Shown: piece by piece, positions 33,087 through 44,876 of the stretch | Position numbering within the stretch: the stretch's first letter is position 1 | Layout: each line of letters starts with the position of its first letter | NCBI GenBank assembly: GCA_004764695.1 | Contig: SMSO01000032.1 | Location: 1,240,001-1,304,000, forward strand | DNA length: 64,000 bases | Direction of reading: 5' to 3' | DNA from: Schizochytrium sp. TIO01 | Taxonomy: Eukaryota > Protista > Bigyra: Labyrinthulomycetes | Program-made: the position numbers and the translations under genes | Notes under the pieces: generated by a model | What the model saw: the letters and a program-made list of their open reading frames with translations, nothing else | The model's database searches: none | Told to the model about the DNA's origin: nothing

Positions 33087-34773
33087 AGTCCTGCACCCGC
33101 CCTCCAGAAGCAGATTGTACTCCAGGGAGCGACCGATTGAAGAGAAGGAATTTGGTTGATGGATTGATCCACCAAACCGGAATTGGCTCTTCTTCTTATT
33201 CGACCTAATTTGTTCAATATCATCTTATTTTCTATAGTATCCCTGAATTTACTCTATTGTACGAAGCAAATACTTTACTTTTATACTTTTTCTTTTACAA
33301 TAGTATTCACCTGAGGCAACTCATGGCCTCTTTGTTTCTCAATCTTCTAAACGTAAACAACGATGAACTACACAAGGAAGACCTACCTAACGCGAGTTAC
33401 GGCAATGCGAGCTCGTGCGAATGTATGCCATTCCTGGTATTGGCCAACTTGAACAAAGTGCAGAAACCAATATAATCTTGGATAATGCGGTTGGTATTTT
33501 GCCAGCTGGTAGTAGAACATAAATAGGAAAGATGAGGATCATCGGATCTTTCCTGGATCTCGTAATATGACTCCTCATCCCATGAATGGACTACGAACTG
33601 CGCTGGTTTCGGTATATTTGACCTTCTAATGTGTTGCTGCTACTACTTACTTATGCCCTTTTCGGAATACTGCGGTGTTGTTATTTCATCGCACCGAAGG
33701 TATCAGAAGCCAAAAGGATGATGATAAGAGACTGGTTGTTGCAAATTGAAAGCCTTTTCATTTATGGCCTCCTGGTGCTCAACCAACTTCGATGAATGCA
33801 ATATAGTGAATGAAATCTCAACGAGTGCTCCTCTAGTGCGGGAGTGAAAGACAGCAAGGAGAAAGTTATATGCCTGATCTTTAAGTGTGCTTTTAACATA
33901 TCCCGCCAAAACTTCATATTGTTTGTACTGAAAGCTCCCTTCTGCAATTGCTAATGAAAACTCAAATATGAAACCTAACGCGATGCCCAAGCAGTGCTCA
34001 CTTTTAAGAACGAATATTGGCTAAGACCTTTGAGAATCTGGCAAGACCCTCAAACAGGAATCAAAGTTTGTACTCATACAAATTCTATATTCGCGAGATG
34101 ACCTCGAGAGTCTTTATCTCAAATGTTCGCGTTCCTGAGAACTCCAACTCCACCTCTGCAAGTTGTGACCATTTCCACCCTGACCTCATGACCAGCAACA
34201 ACCTACCTATAACTGCACAATCGTTCTCGTGATGCAGGCAGCAGTATGTTTTGACTCTCTGCAGATATGTGAAAGAAACCTTGGAGCTCTTTCTAAGGTA
34301 CGGACGGACCTTGCTTGCTCCCAGCAACAACTGAAAATCCCTTCCGTCTTCAGCATACGAGCAAATGTCTACGTGCGTTCTCTACGTGCATCGTTGAACT
34401 CTTAAGCACACACGTGCACAGATTTGCTTTCATCCTCGCGTCTTTGCCTCTGACCACTTTCTCCAATCTAAATCAACTTTGAAGATTGTACCACAGCAAC
34501 TTTGGGAACGGCAGTGCTAGGGTTTAAGGTAGCTACGGGTTAGAATGTGCTCCGCCTTGCGTTCCCAGCAGCGACTTCACGCACAACCTCAGTGAGTCCT
34601 TCCTTCTCGAGCACGCTCCAGCGCAGCAAACAATGGGCTTTCGCATTCGCAAACAACGCGATGGGGCCGAAGAAGCAACTTCGGGAATGCTCCGCGTGGT
34701 CTCCATTTTGGATTCGCAGCAGTGTCGATCGTGGCGCAGAGGCTGCTTTGTTGCTGCTTTGTTGCACGGTAGT

Positions 34774-34797
34774 GATGAATGAATGAATGAATGAACA

Positions 34798-34873
<76 letters not shown>
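34774..34873. repeat. Compound (ATGA)n-(ATCA)n microsatellite
   Basis: Direct reading of the sequence. Confidence 0.97.
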
Positions 34874-34874
<1 letters not shown>

Positions 34875-36195
34875 AAACTGCAGAATGAAAATAAATCAAC
34901 TAAAGATTTGCAAATCGGGGCCGCGAGATAGGTATCAAGATCTGCTGCGATTGCAGAGGCTTTGTAGGCGTTAGTTTGCTGCTTCAAGGCGTCGCCAAAG
35001 GCGTGTCTGGCTTTGGCGAACTTCAGCTACGATGCCCATGTTTGTCTTTTCTTGCTGAAGTGCAATCGCTGTGTTTGTTTGTTGTCTTTGTTTATTTCTT
35101 TGTTTCGTTGTTTCGTTGTTTCTCTGTTTGTTATCGAAACCCCAAATCAGGAAATACATGCGAACTCAGCGAAGGTGCGATGGAATCAATTCAAGGAATG
35201 GACGAGGCCATGACATGGATTAAAAATATAAATAAACCTTCACCCTACGAGAACTAGCTTGGCATGCCCAGGCTCTGCAGAACTTCTGCAGCTGCTTCGA
35301 CAATGCCTGAGACGGTTTCGCAGTGACTGCTGTGCCATCGATCATCTTTAATTTGCACCACCAATGTACTACATTACAATGGAGGCATGTGCTTTCTTGA
35401 TCCACTTCGCTCCAGGTTTTCACAAAAGTTGACGCTGCCGTGAGATCACGAAAATACGACAACAGGTGATGGATGAGCCTTGTCGCGAAAAGGTCGAGCG
35501 TGCAATGATGCCATCTGCAGCGAACTGCAAAACATCAGACTCTCGCAAAGCAGAGCAGAGCAGAGCAGAGCAGTGCAATTCAATGCAATGCAATGCAATG
35601 CGAATCACAGAAAGAAAAAAAAAAAGGTAAAGTAATTTATTCATAAAAGCAAAGAGAAAAGAAAAGAAAAGAAAAAAAGAAAAGAAAGAGAAGAACAGGA
35701 AAAGACACAAAAGAGCACCCAATTATAAGCGAGTGAGCAGCATATCATATGCGAACAAGAGGCATAAATAGCTGCTTTTCCTTCCTTCATTTCAGGATTT
35801 TATACTAAACCATGGTATGAGGTGATATGGATTAGTTGCTCTTCCTTTCCTTCACTTTTCCTTTTCTTTTCTCTCCTTTTCTTTTCCTTCTCGAACAACA
35901 TTCCTGCAGAGAAAACTCACTGGTGTTCTTCTATTAGCCCACTCCTGCTATACCCCTATAAAAAGCCTTCGAAGCTTGTGTTTATCGGAGGCAATCCCCA
36001 CAGAAGGGTATATTTTGAGAGTACCGGCGTAATCAAGAATTGAAAGATATGCCGGTACGCAGGTGGCTCATGGTTCATAGCGATTGCAATTTTGCAATTG
36101 ATTAATCTCAAGCTCCGCAAGTTTCGCGCAGCCGCAGTCCCGAATCCCGCCGCACGGCCTCCTTCACCCTCACTTCTCAACACACCTCTATCACA

Positions 36196-36912
36196 ATGCG
36201 TCGCGGAGTTCTTGTTGCCGCCCAGGCCTCCAAGATGGGTCTTCGCAGACCCGTCGTGGCATCCAGAATGCCTGTCATGTCCTTCATGGAGTCCGCCAAT
36301 GTTCGCTCTGCGCGGTTCTTCTCCACCGAGGACAAGCCCAAGGCCGAGGAGACCCCCAAGGAAGCCCCCGAGCAGGCCGCAGAGGCTGCCCCTGAGCCCT
36401 CCGAAGCCGAGAAGCAGGTTGCAGAGCTCTCTGACAAGGTCAAGGGCCTCGAGGAGCAGCTCAAGGAAGCTAAGGATACCACTCTGCGCACGCTCGCAGA
36501 AATGGAGAACCTTCGCCAGCGCACCACTAAGGACATTGAAAACAGGACTACCTACGCCAACTCCAAGTTCGCCAAGTCCCTTCTTGATGTTGCTGACAAC
36601 CTTGAGCGTGCTCTCGCCTCCGTGCCTGCTGAGGCGCTTGAGAAGGACGATGCCAACCACCTCAAGAGCCTTCACGAGGGTATCAGCATGACAGAGACCG
36701 AACTTCTCAAGGTCTTCAAGGCCAACGGAATCACTGGCTTTGGCGAGGTCGGAGAGCCCTTCGACCCCCACATGCACGAGGCCTTTTTCCAGATGCCTAA
36801 CCCTGAGCTTAAGCACAACTCCATCGCCCAGGTGCTCAAGAAGGGTTACAAGTTCAAGGAACGTGTCATCCGCCCTGCACAGGTCGGCACTGTGAACAAC
36901 CCGTCTTCATAA
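36196..36912 (+). CDS. grpE: Mitochondrial GrpE nucleotide-exchange factor (Mge1)
   Basis: Arg-rich presequence; RTLAEMENLRQR, KFAKSLLDVADNLERAL, GEPFDPHMHEA and GYKFKERVIRPAQVG. Confidence 0.97.
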   Translation: MRRGVLVAAQASKMGLRRPVVASRMPVMSFMESANVRSARFFSTEDKPKAEETPKEAPEQAAEAAPEPSEAEKQVAELSDKVKGLEEQLKEAKDTTLRTLAEMENLRQRTTKDIENRTTYANSKFAKSLLDVADNLERALASVPAEALEKDDANHLKSLHEGISMTETELLKVFKANGITGFGEVGEPFDPHMHEAFFQMPNPELKHNSIAQVLKKGYKFKERVIRPAQVGTVNNPSS

Positions 36913-37714
36913 ATGCAATGCAATGTCAAGTCGATGTCAATTGCTGCAACGATATCGATAGATGCCTTGTCCAGACAAACCAAGCGACCCAAATAAACAA
37001 CCAGAAACTATCCTCGCAGTCAATCACCAAGGTCTCACCGCAAGGTAAATAGGGTGCGTAAGCACTTGTTTGCTTGGATGGGGTGAAGACACAACAGCAA
37101 CTCATTTAACCAAGCCCACTTCTTTGTGACCTCGTATACCCATGGGAGCGAGGGCAAGCAACCACGTATCTATTGACCTACTTCGGACGCCTGCCGCTGG
37201 CTTCCCGCCGGTCTCACCCACCTACTTTTGGCGTATGTAAAACACACTCGCATTCTTATTCAACAAATTTAACAATCATCGTCATTGTGCTCATTTTGCC
37301 ATTCTCTAGACTCATTTTTTCTCTCCTACTCCCTAGGATCTTGCAAAACCTTTGTCAATTACGCATTGTCAGAATGACCAGAAGTAATGGAGGTTATCAA
37401 TCTTCATGTAATTCTCAACAAAATCTTTGAATCAAGCGCCAGGGCCAGTGAAAACTTGTATATGGGCTGTTCAAAATGCTGCGGAACCGAAAGTTCCTCG
37501 TTCGGCTTCAGACGGGAGGGGGGGGGGCAAGTCGCCTCATAGGTGTTCTAAGCAAGGATCATGACTAACAGCAAAGAGACTATTTCACAAGCAGTTCAAC
37601 TGGGATCAGGTTCATGACCCACCAAGCCATCAATTCAACAGGGGAAATGAAAAATGCCAGTTATCAATTAGCGTGCACCAGCAAATATTCTGCTGCACAA
37701 TTAGTTCTCTCATT

Positions 37715-38166
37715 TTACTTCTTCTCAGCAGGCTTCTCATCCTTGAAGATCTCCTCAAACTCGGCTCCAAGCTCAGTGTTCTGTACAAGTTCACAAAGTT
37801 GTCAGTCTGACCGCTAAAAATCGTGCACGAAAAATGTTCTTGAACGAAATTGCAATTTCTACCCCAACATGAATCTCTAGGCGTCTTTAAGAAAACATCA
37901 GAATGTCCACGTTTTGAGTTATATTGCGCAAGAAACCCATCCAATTTAACTCTTGATGATCGCCAACTTACAATCTGAATACGCTTGACAGTGTAGTAGT
38001 AGACGCTGCCAGCAAAGACCGCGAGGACACCGGCCATGATGAAGTTCTTGGTGACAGGCACGGGGGCGTCGTAGTGCTGGGGCTGGTCGTGCGGGCTCTG
38101 CGAGAACGAGCGCTTCTGGGCGGCCTTGCGGACAACGCCAAAGTTCTTGCCAGCAGCACGCATCAT
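37715..38166 (-). CDS. COA3: COA3/CCDC56-like small mitochondrial membrane protein, 86 aa. Exons 38166-37972 and 37780-37715
   Basis: Presequence-like MMRAAGKNFGVVRKAAQKRSFS; single TM KNFIMAGVLAVFAGSVYYYTVKRIQ. Intron 37971-37781 GTAAGT...CTGAC...CAG. Exon 2 reads NTELGAEFEEIFKDEKPAEKK*. Codon bias resembles the GrpE gene. Confidence 0.7.
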
Positions 38167-39276
38167 CTTTCTTGCCTTGCGGAGGTAGCTTCCGACGGAG
38201 TTTTGATCAACTATATTCACGCATTCAATAACAATCCCTATCAAAGTTAGTTTTCGATTCGACGATGACTTAAGCACGCAGCGCAAACCCCTCTGAGGGA
38301 CCAACTGACTGCCCAAGAGCGCTAGGCACTCGAAGCACACATCGGGAGCGGTCCTCCAAGGCGTGCGCGAGCAGCGCTTGTCTTAAGAAACGAACAGGAA
38401 AGTGGTTTGCTTGCTGCATCGAGAAGAAGAAAAAAGACGAAAAGAAATCGATGCAAATGAATGAAGAACAATGAAACTTTTTATCAATCATTGAGAAAAT
38501 GAAAATACTATGTACCCACGTAGGCCCCGTAGGCGCTGCAGACAACTTGAAGTAGAGAGAGATCTACTGCCGCGGTTTAGGACGCGGCCTATTTTTTCTG
38601 TTGGGCGAAGAAGAGCAAAGCAAGTCGAGACTTACATAGTTTTAGTCAATTTCGAAAGAGCCTGAACCCCTAATTGAGTGAGTCCTGTCGTCGATGCCCC
38701 AAGTCTATAGAAAACTTTTTAGAAGTATGACTAATGAGGGACGCAAAGCCTCAAATCGAGGATGGATGCGAGGTCCCAAGTCGATTGGGCATTCTTAAAA
38801 TCACTAGACGCCATTTGTCGCTAAGACAAAGATTCGTACTCTGGAGAATGGGATTATGGGGCTGCCGAAGAGAATTGCAATCGACCAGGTATAATTTAGA
38901 TTTGTGGCACAATATGTTATCTAGTCACATTTTCGAGCAGGATTGGTAAATATGCGTATTTCTCTTTGTCAAGATGAGTGAGGCCTTGCTGGTGGTATCA
39001 GCTTAGTAACAACCCATTCTGATACCAGATTTGCAGATCTAACATCGCTTTAATCGCATTCTGCTCTTACGCTATCGAACGCGACGCGCATCGCATTAAT
39101 TGATTTTAAAGTTTTCATTTTCAATCATGATCTCAGATTACAATTTTTATGGTTAAGAATCTCAGGTGGTGAGGACGCTCAAACTTCGAACTCCTGAAGT
39201 TGAAGACGGAGAAGAAGCATCCTCTTTCCTAGTTCTACTTGAGATCGGTTCGTTATAACCCAGGTCTGCAGCACAG

Positions 39277-41385
39277 ATGGCTTTGCGAGCCTTTAGCCGC
39301 ACGGAGGCGGCGAAGGCTTTCCATGGCCTCATGCTGCCTGTACAAAAGACGCGAGCGTCAATGTTCTTTGCCAGAGCCGTCTCAAGCTCAAGTCAGAGCG
39401 AAGAGGCATTAAAGAAGTCCAAGCTCGACCTCGGGAGGAGCGAAGCTGGCGTTGTGACAATGTACGTGTGTGGTCCCACTGTATATGACGCTGCTCACCT
39501 TGGACATGCACGGACATACGTCCAATTCGACGTCATTCGCCGCATTTTGCACGAAGTACACGGCCTTCAAGTCGCTTTTTTTATGAACGTAACAGACGTC
39601 GATGATAAAATTCTTGACCGCAGTAGGGCAAACAAATTGGCCCTGGATAATGCTCAGAAAGATGGCGATGACGAGGTCGCCAAGAGTATTGGTGAGACGA
39701 GCTGGAGAGATCTCGCCAGGAAGTTCGAGGGCGAGTTTTTTCGTGACATGCGCAGACTTGGTGTGCAACCTCCCACGTATGCACCCCGAGCCACAGAGAA
39801 CGTTGAAAACATGATTCAGCATATTCAAGACCTAGTCAACCGTGGCCTTGCCTATGTTGGGGCCAATACTGGGTCAGTGTACTTTTCCACCACCAGCTTT
39901 GACAAGGAAGTCTCAGACTTTCCGGAATTCAAGTATGGTGCAATGGATCCGAGTCGTCAGGGTGGTAGCGATGGAGTCCCTGTGGAAGCGGACCCAGACG
40001 CAGGCCCCTTTGCTGGCACAACATTGGCGGGCGGTGTCACGAGTGAGAAACGCAGTGCTAAGGACTTTGCTCTGTGGAAGTGCATTCCTGATGCACCTAG
40101 CAACGAGACTTGGCCGAGTCCATGGGGTCAAGGTAGACCTGGTTGGCATGCTGAGTGTGCTGTCATGATTAAACACACTGCAGGTACAGTGCGTCAAGAT
40201 GGTCGTCTAGATATTCATGGTGGTGGCATTGATCTTAGATTTCCTCATCATGAAAATGAACGTGCCCAAAGCCAAGCATGTTGTGGTTCACACCCGTGGA
40301 CCTCGCATTTCCTTCACACTGGGCACCTTCACATTTCAGGTCGCAAAATGTCCAAGTCGCTCAAGAACTTCATCACCATCGAGCAACTTCTCAACGGGCC
40401 GGCATCTGAGCTTCCGGCAGGATTCTCACCTCTGACTCCGCGGGAAATGCGTTTGCTTTTCTTAAATGTTCGCTACAACTTGCCTATGGAGCTCACTCCG
40501 GATGCTACAGCAGAAGCCAAAAAGATTGAACGCTCTCTTGAAGATACTTTCACAACTGTCAACCTTGCTGTCTCTTCCTTTGATTCTACACAAGCACTTA
40601 AACCATGGGGTCCCAAAGATACACAGCTTCTCGCTGGTGCGGATAGCTTCCGAGTTAACTTTCGTCAAGCTCTTATGGACGACTTTAACACACCAAGTGC
40701 CCTTCTCCTCCTTCGCGAATTCGCATCAGAAATTCGCTCGTACATCCAGGAGAATAATGCTCAGCCTGTTGTAGCACAGCAAGCAATTCACCAGGTCCGC
40801 ATTGGACTGGAAATTCTGGGTATCGGAGGTTCTGATCCTTACAATCTTCCCGGGTATGGCTCATTGTCTTCGTTGTCATCAGGTACAAATCCAGGTGGAT
40901 ATACTGGTGATTTGAAAGCAGAGAGTATTGTTGATGTTCTTGTGGACTTCCGCACCGCCGTTAGGGACGCTGCGAAAAACAAGAATATTGGTGGCGTCTT
41001 CAAAGAAGCAGACCGAATTCGTGACGTTGTTCTTCCCTCGCTAGGTGTTCGTATTGTTGATAGAGAGGGCATTTCCACATGGTCACCCTGTGCTCCCGTG
41101 GTGCAGACATGTGAAGGCGTCATGAATGACACAGAAACGAAGACCGAGAATAACGAGAAGAAGAAGGGTGAGTCGGACCCGGAACCGCAGACGCCCCAAG
41201 AGATGTTCCGGTCCTCTGAAGAGGAGGCCTCAAAGTACAGTGCATTTGATGATGACGGCGTCCCCACGCATGATGCTGATGGTGAACCTCTAAGCAAATC
41301 TGCCTTGAAAAAACTTCGCAAGAAGTGGACTATCCAAAAAACAAAGTATGATCGCTGGCTGGAGCGCTCGAATAAAAGTGTATAA
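39277..41385 (+). CDS. CARS: Cysteinyl-tRNA synthetase, probably mitochondrion-targeted
   Basis: MYVCGPTVYDAAHLGHAR (HIGH), NVTDVDDKI, DFALWK, SPWGQGRPGWHAEC, DIHGGGIDLRFPHHENE and KMSKSLKNF. Confidence 0.96.
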   Translation: MALRAFSRTEAAKAFHGLMLPVQKTRASMFFARAVSSSSQSEEALKKSKLDLGRSEAGVVTMYVCGPTVYDAAHLGHARTYVQFDVIRRILHEVHGLQVAFFMNVTDVDDKILDRSRANKLALDNAQKDGDDEVAKSIGETSWRDLARKFEGEFFRDMRRLGVQPPTYAPRATENVENMIQHIQDLVNRGLAYVGANTGSVYFSTTSFDKEVSDFPEFKYGAMDPSRQGGSDGVPVEADPDAGPFAGTTLAGGVTSEKRSAKDFALWKCIPDAPSNETWPSPWGQGRPGWHAECAVMIKHTAGTVRQDGRLDIHGGGIDLRFPHHENERAQSQACCGSHPWTSHFLHTGHLHISGRKMSKSLKNFITIEQLLNGPASELPAGFSPLTPREMRLLFLNVRYNLPMELTPDATAEAKKIERSLEDTFTTVNLAVSSFDSTQALKPWGPKDTQLLAGADSFRVNFRQALMDDFNTPSALLLLREFASEIRSYIQENNAQPVVAQQAIHQVRIGLEILGIGGSDPYNLPGYGSLSSLSSGTNPGGYTGDLKAESIVDVLVDFRTAVRDAAKNKNIGGVFKEADRIRDVVLPSLGVRIVDREGISTWSPCAPVVQTCEGVMNDTETKTENNEKKKGESDPEPQTPQEMFRSSEEEASKYSAFDDDGVPTHDADGEPLSKSALKKLRKKWTIQKTKYDRWLERSNKSV

Positions 41386-41833
41386 CTTATTCAATTTGTC
41401 ACATCCTCTTTACTATTTTATTTTACTGCTCTGTGAACTAATCACAACCAGTATAATAGCACTCAAACATCTAATACTTCGGAATAACAGGTGGAGTTTA
41501 TTTAAATAAGAATAGAAGAAAAACAAACAACACTAATTCCCTTCAAAGCCCCAGAGACTTCAATCAAAACTTGTACTACTTTCCACGAACTTGCGTAAGA
41601 TTCATGTATTTGAGTCCTCGAGAGCAATCAGTCAACATTTAGTCCCTCGTGACCACTAGGACTTATATAGTCACAATTAGGCTTTTGCGTAGAGTTCCTG
41701 ATGAGTGAATGGCTGGTGCTCTTGCAGAGACCAATCACAGTAGAATTGCAAAAGCTGCGGCGAGACCCTGGCTGCAGAAGACATTATATCGGGATACGAG
41801 GCCGGTTTCCTTGGTAGGAGACCACTGGAGAAG

Positions 41834-44179
41834 ATGGCTCGCGGTGGCAAGAAGGGTGGCCGCAAGAACGGTGGAGATGGCGGCAAGTCAAGCAAAGGAT
41901 TGGTCATGCCGTGGCAAAAGGTGACTCCTAAGCGCGGCAGCGGCGAGACTGATGACGGCCTTGGCCATGATGATGATATGGGCGGCATGTTTATGCTTGA
42001 GGAGATTCCCGCAGATGCTTACAAAATTGTAGATGGACAACTTATCTCACTAACCGGTAAAAACATTCTCGACGTAGCGCCCAAGGTTATGGAGCGAAAG
42101 GACGACGAAATGGACGCCGAGAGTGCCGAGGAGCCAGAAAATCAAAATAAGAAACAGAACAAAAAGCAAAACAAGAAGCAAAACAAGAAGCAAGCTGCTG
42201 AAAACAAGGGCGACGAAGAGGCTATGGAAACAGAGGATGCTGAAATCGACATGGAGGAAAGCAAAAGCAACGGTAACGATGACGAGGCAGATGCTGATGA
42301 GGGTGAAAAAGAGGCTAAGCCCTCTAAGCGTGCTCTCAAACGCAAAAAACTTCAAGAGAAAAAGCGTCGCGAGGAGCTGAAGAAACAAGGCAAAACCCCT
42401 GATGCTAAAGACTCGAAGGTAGCAGCTGATGCTGCTGGCAAGCAGAAACAACTCCCTAAGCCGATGAACCCGGAGAAGCTCAACAGAGCTGTTGGCGAAT
42501 GGCTTGAATTTGGATTTGATGATGCTCTTCTTGAGGGTATTGCACTTTGTAAATTCTCAAGTCCGACTCCGATCCAACGTATGTGCTTGCCCAAGGCAAT
42601 GCAAAAGGGTGTCGATATCCTCGGTGCCGCTGAGACTGGTTCTGGTAAAACCTTGGCCTTCGGTCTTCCCATCTTGAACGGCCTTATTACCAAGCCACCT
42701 GCTCCTGATGATGGACTTGCTGCTTTGATCCTCACACCGACACGTGAACTTGCTGTCCAGGTTGCCAAACACCTCCGCAGCGTGATGGTACCCCGTACTA
42801 GCAACATTCGCATCGAGACTCTTGTTGGTGGTATGTCGCAAGCCAAACAGGAACGTGTCTTGGAGCAGCGCCCTGCTGTCATAGTTGCTACTCCTGGTCG
42901 TCTTTGGGCCATGATCGACCAAGGCTCTGCGCACCTTGAGGATCTTGCGTCTTCTCTTCGATACCTTGCAGTTGATGAGGCTGATCGCATGTTTGACAGA
43001 GGTCACTTCCCTGACCTGTTGCCTCTTATGAAGCACCTTGCCAACGACAAGGATGGCGCCAAATACAAACGTCAAACTTTCCTCTTTTCGGCTACGCTCA
43101 TGACACAGAACGGGAGCAAAGACCTGAAGCGGAAGCGGAAGCAAAAGCAAGGGCAGGAAGACTCTTCAGAGGATAAATCAGCGTTTTCTCCACTTATGCA
43201 GCTTATGGAAAAAATTGGTGTACGCGGGAAGCCTGCAGTGTGCCAAGTTGAAAAGGCAAACGCTAATGACAAAGAGAGCGATGATAAAGATACAGGCTCA
43301 GTACAGCTCCCAGAAAACCTTAAACTGTGCTACACAGAATCGTTAGCGAAGGACAAGGACCTATTCTTGTACTACTTTGTAACCCAACATGTTGGTCGCA
43401 CGCTGGTTTTCGTTAACACTATCACATCCCTTCGACGCGTTGCAACTACCTTACGTCTTCTTGGTGTTGGAAATGTTGCTACTCTCCACGCGAACATGCA
43501 GCAAAAACTTCGTCTCCGCCACCTGGAGAGATTCACTGAAAACCAGAGTGGTGTTCTCGTGGCTACAGATGTAGCTGCGCGTGGTCTCGATATTCCTGGC
43601 ATCGACCATGTCGTGCACTACGCCCTCCCAAAGCGCCTCGATAGCTTTGTTCATCGTTCCGGTCGTACCGCTCGTGCTTCCCGGGAGGGTGTTTGTTTGT
43701 CGCTTGTCGACGCATCAGAGTTGAACCTCTTCAGTGAAATTTGTAGTTCCTTGGGTGATCGACAAATGCTCAAATTCCCAGTGCAGATGATGACGTTGGG
43801 GAAAATGCGTGAGCGTGTTACCTTGGCTCGTCGTATCGAACAAATTGAGCGAAAGTTGCAAGGTAAAGCGGAGACTAGAGATTGGTTTCGAAACAATGCC
43901 AAGGAAGCCGAAATTGAGCTTGATGAACTTATAACAGACGAGGGAGATCTCAACTTTGACAAGGATGGACAACGTGCAAAGGAGGCTGCTTCTCTGCGTG
44001 AGCGTCTTACTGAGCTTCTGGGTGAGCGTATTCTCAACGCAGGTGTCTCAACTAAATATGTGTCTACAAACCCTGACTCTGAGCGTGACATTATTCTCAA
44101 GGGTGGCAATAAAAGGGCGACCGATGTTGTTGAGAAAAGCTCTACTGTTTTGCAAAAGAACAAGCGTCGTCGCCGTTAA
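41834..44179 (+). CDS. DDX24: DEAD-box RNA helicase DDX24/Mak5
   Basis: PTPIQ, AAETGSGKTLAFGLP, PTRELAVQV, ATPGRLW, DEAD, SAT, TDVAARGLDIP and HRSGRTARA. RQTFLFSATL, KDLFLYYF and the C-terminal W...A.EAEI segment fit the Mak5 subfamily. Confidence 0.9.
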   Translation: MARGGKKGGRKNGGDGGKSSKGLVMPWQKVTPKRGSGETDDGLGHDDDMGGMFMLEEIPADAYKIVDGQLISLTGKNILDVAPKVMERKDDEMDAESAEEPENQNKKQNKKQNKKQNKKQAAENKGDEEAMETEDAEIDMEESKSNGNDDEADADEGEKEAKPSKRALKRKKLQEKKRREELKKQGKTPDAKDSKVAADAAGKQKQLPKPMNPEKLNRAVGEWLEFGFDDALLEGIALCKFSSPTPIQRMCLPKAMQKGVDILGAAETGSGKTLAFGLPILNGLITKPPAPDDGLAALILTPTRELAVQVAKHLRSVMVPRTSNIRIETLVGGMSQAKQERVLEQRPAVIVATPGRLWAMIDQGSAHLEDLASSLRYLAVDEADRMFDRGHFPDLLPLMKHLANDKDGAKYKRQTFLFSATLMTQNGSKDLKRKRKQKQGQEDSSEDKSAFSPLMQLMEKIGVRGKPAVCQVEKANANDKESDDKDTGSVQLPENLKLCYTESLAKDKDLFLYYFVTQHVGRTLVFVNTITSLRRVATTLRLLGVGNVATLHANMQQKLRLRHLERFTENQSGVLVATDVAARGLDIPGIDHVVHYALPKRLDSFVHRSGRTARASREGVCLSLVDASELNLFSEICSSLGDRQMLKFPVQMMTLGKMRERVTLARRIEQIERKLQGKAETRDWFRNNAKEAEIELDELITDEGDLNFDKDGQRAKEAASLRERLTELLGERILNAGVSTKYVSTNPDSERDIILKGGNKRATDVVEKSSTVLQKNKRRRR

Positions 44180-44876
44180 GTGCACCTAATGCAATTAATC
44201 ACATGTTTGCTAATTTTACTCTAGGAGATTTCTTTTTAACACTGCTATTCGCTGGTCTATACGTATTTGATAAAATGTTAAAACAAGATATTAATCATGA
44301 GCGATTCTAATTGTCCAAAGGCAGTCTTGCCTATATCAGGCTGCTGTATAATTGTTTTTTGGTCACTTGTGTTGATTTTATTGAAATGTTTTTCTCTTAA
44401 CATATAGCGAATATTAATTTGTCGATTTAATTTTTATAGAAAAAGAGAAAGAAAGAACAAATAGCTAACTTCATTGTCACACTCTTTTATCTTTAACATA
44501 ATCAATCAATACCATCACGAGACACCTGTGTCCAAACATCCATGTGGACACTGCTGTAAAAAGACAAATAGGTCAAGCCTCGCCAGCATGAAGTATTTTT
44601 AAAAGATGAAACAGGTACCAGACACCCTTTTCAATGAAATACACCCAGTCACACGTGACTGCAACTTATCCGAAAAAGCCGTTGAGATGTAAGTAATATG
44701 AAACCTTTAAATCAAGAAACGTTGATAGGAAATCCCTTTGTCTCCTAAGTGGAGTGGAGTGTGTTGTGTTGAGCTTGGCATAGTGAAGGCAATCCTTCTT
44801 TGCTGCTGTTCCTGCGTCTTGTCGCCCCCGGGGCCTCGAAAGTGAAGAGGTTGACTCTAGAAAGGCATTCGTCAGT

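Noticed and set aside
37630-38340. 236-aa minus ORF taken as a single-exon gene
   Set aside because: It reads through the intron and 5' UTR of the spliced COA3-like gene.
42140-42195. 12-bp tandem repeat in DDX24
   Set aside because: Ordinary coding NKKQ repeat in a disordered N-terminus.
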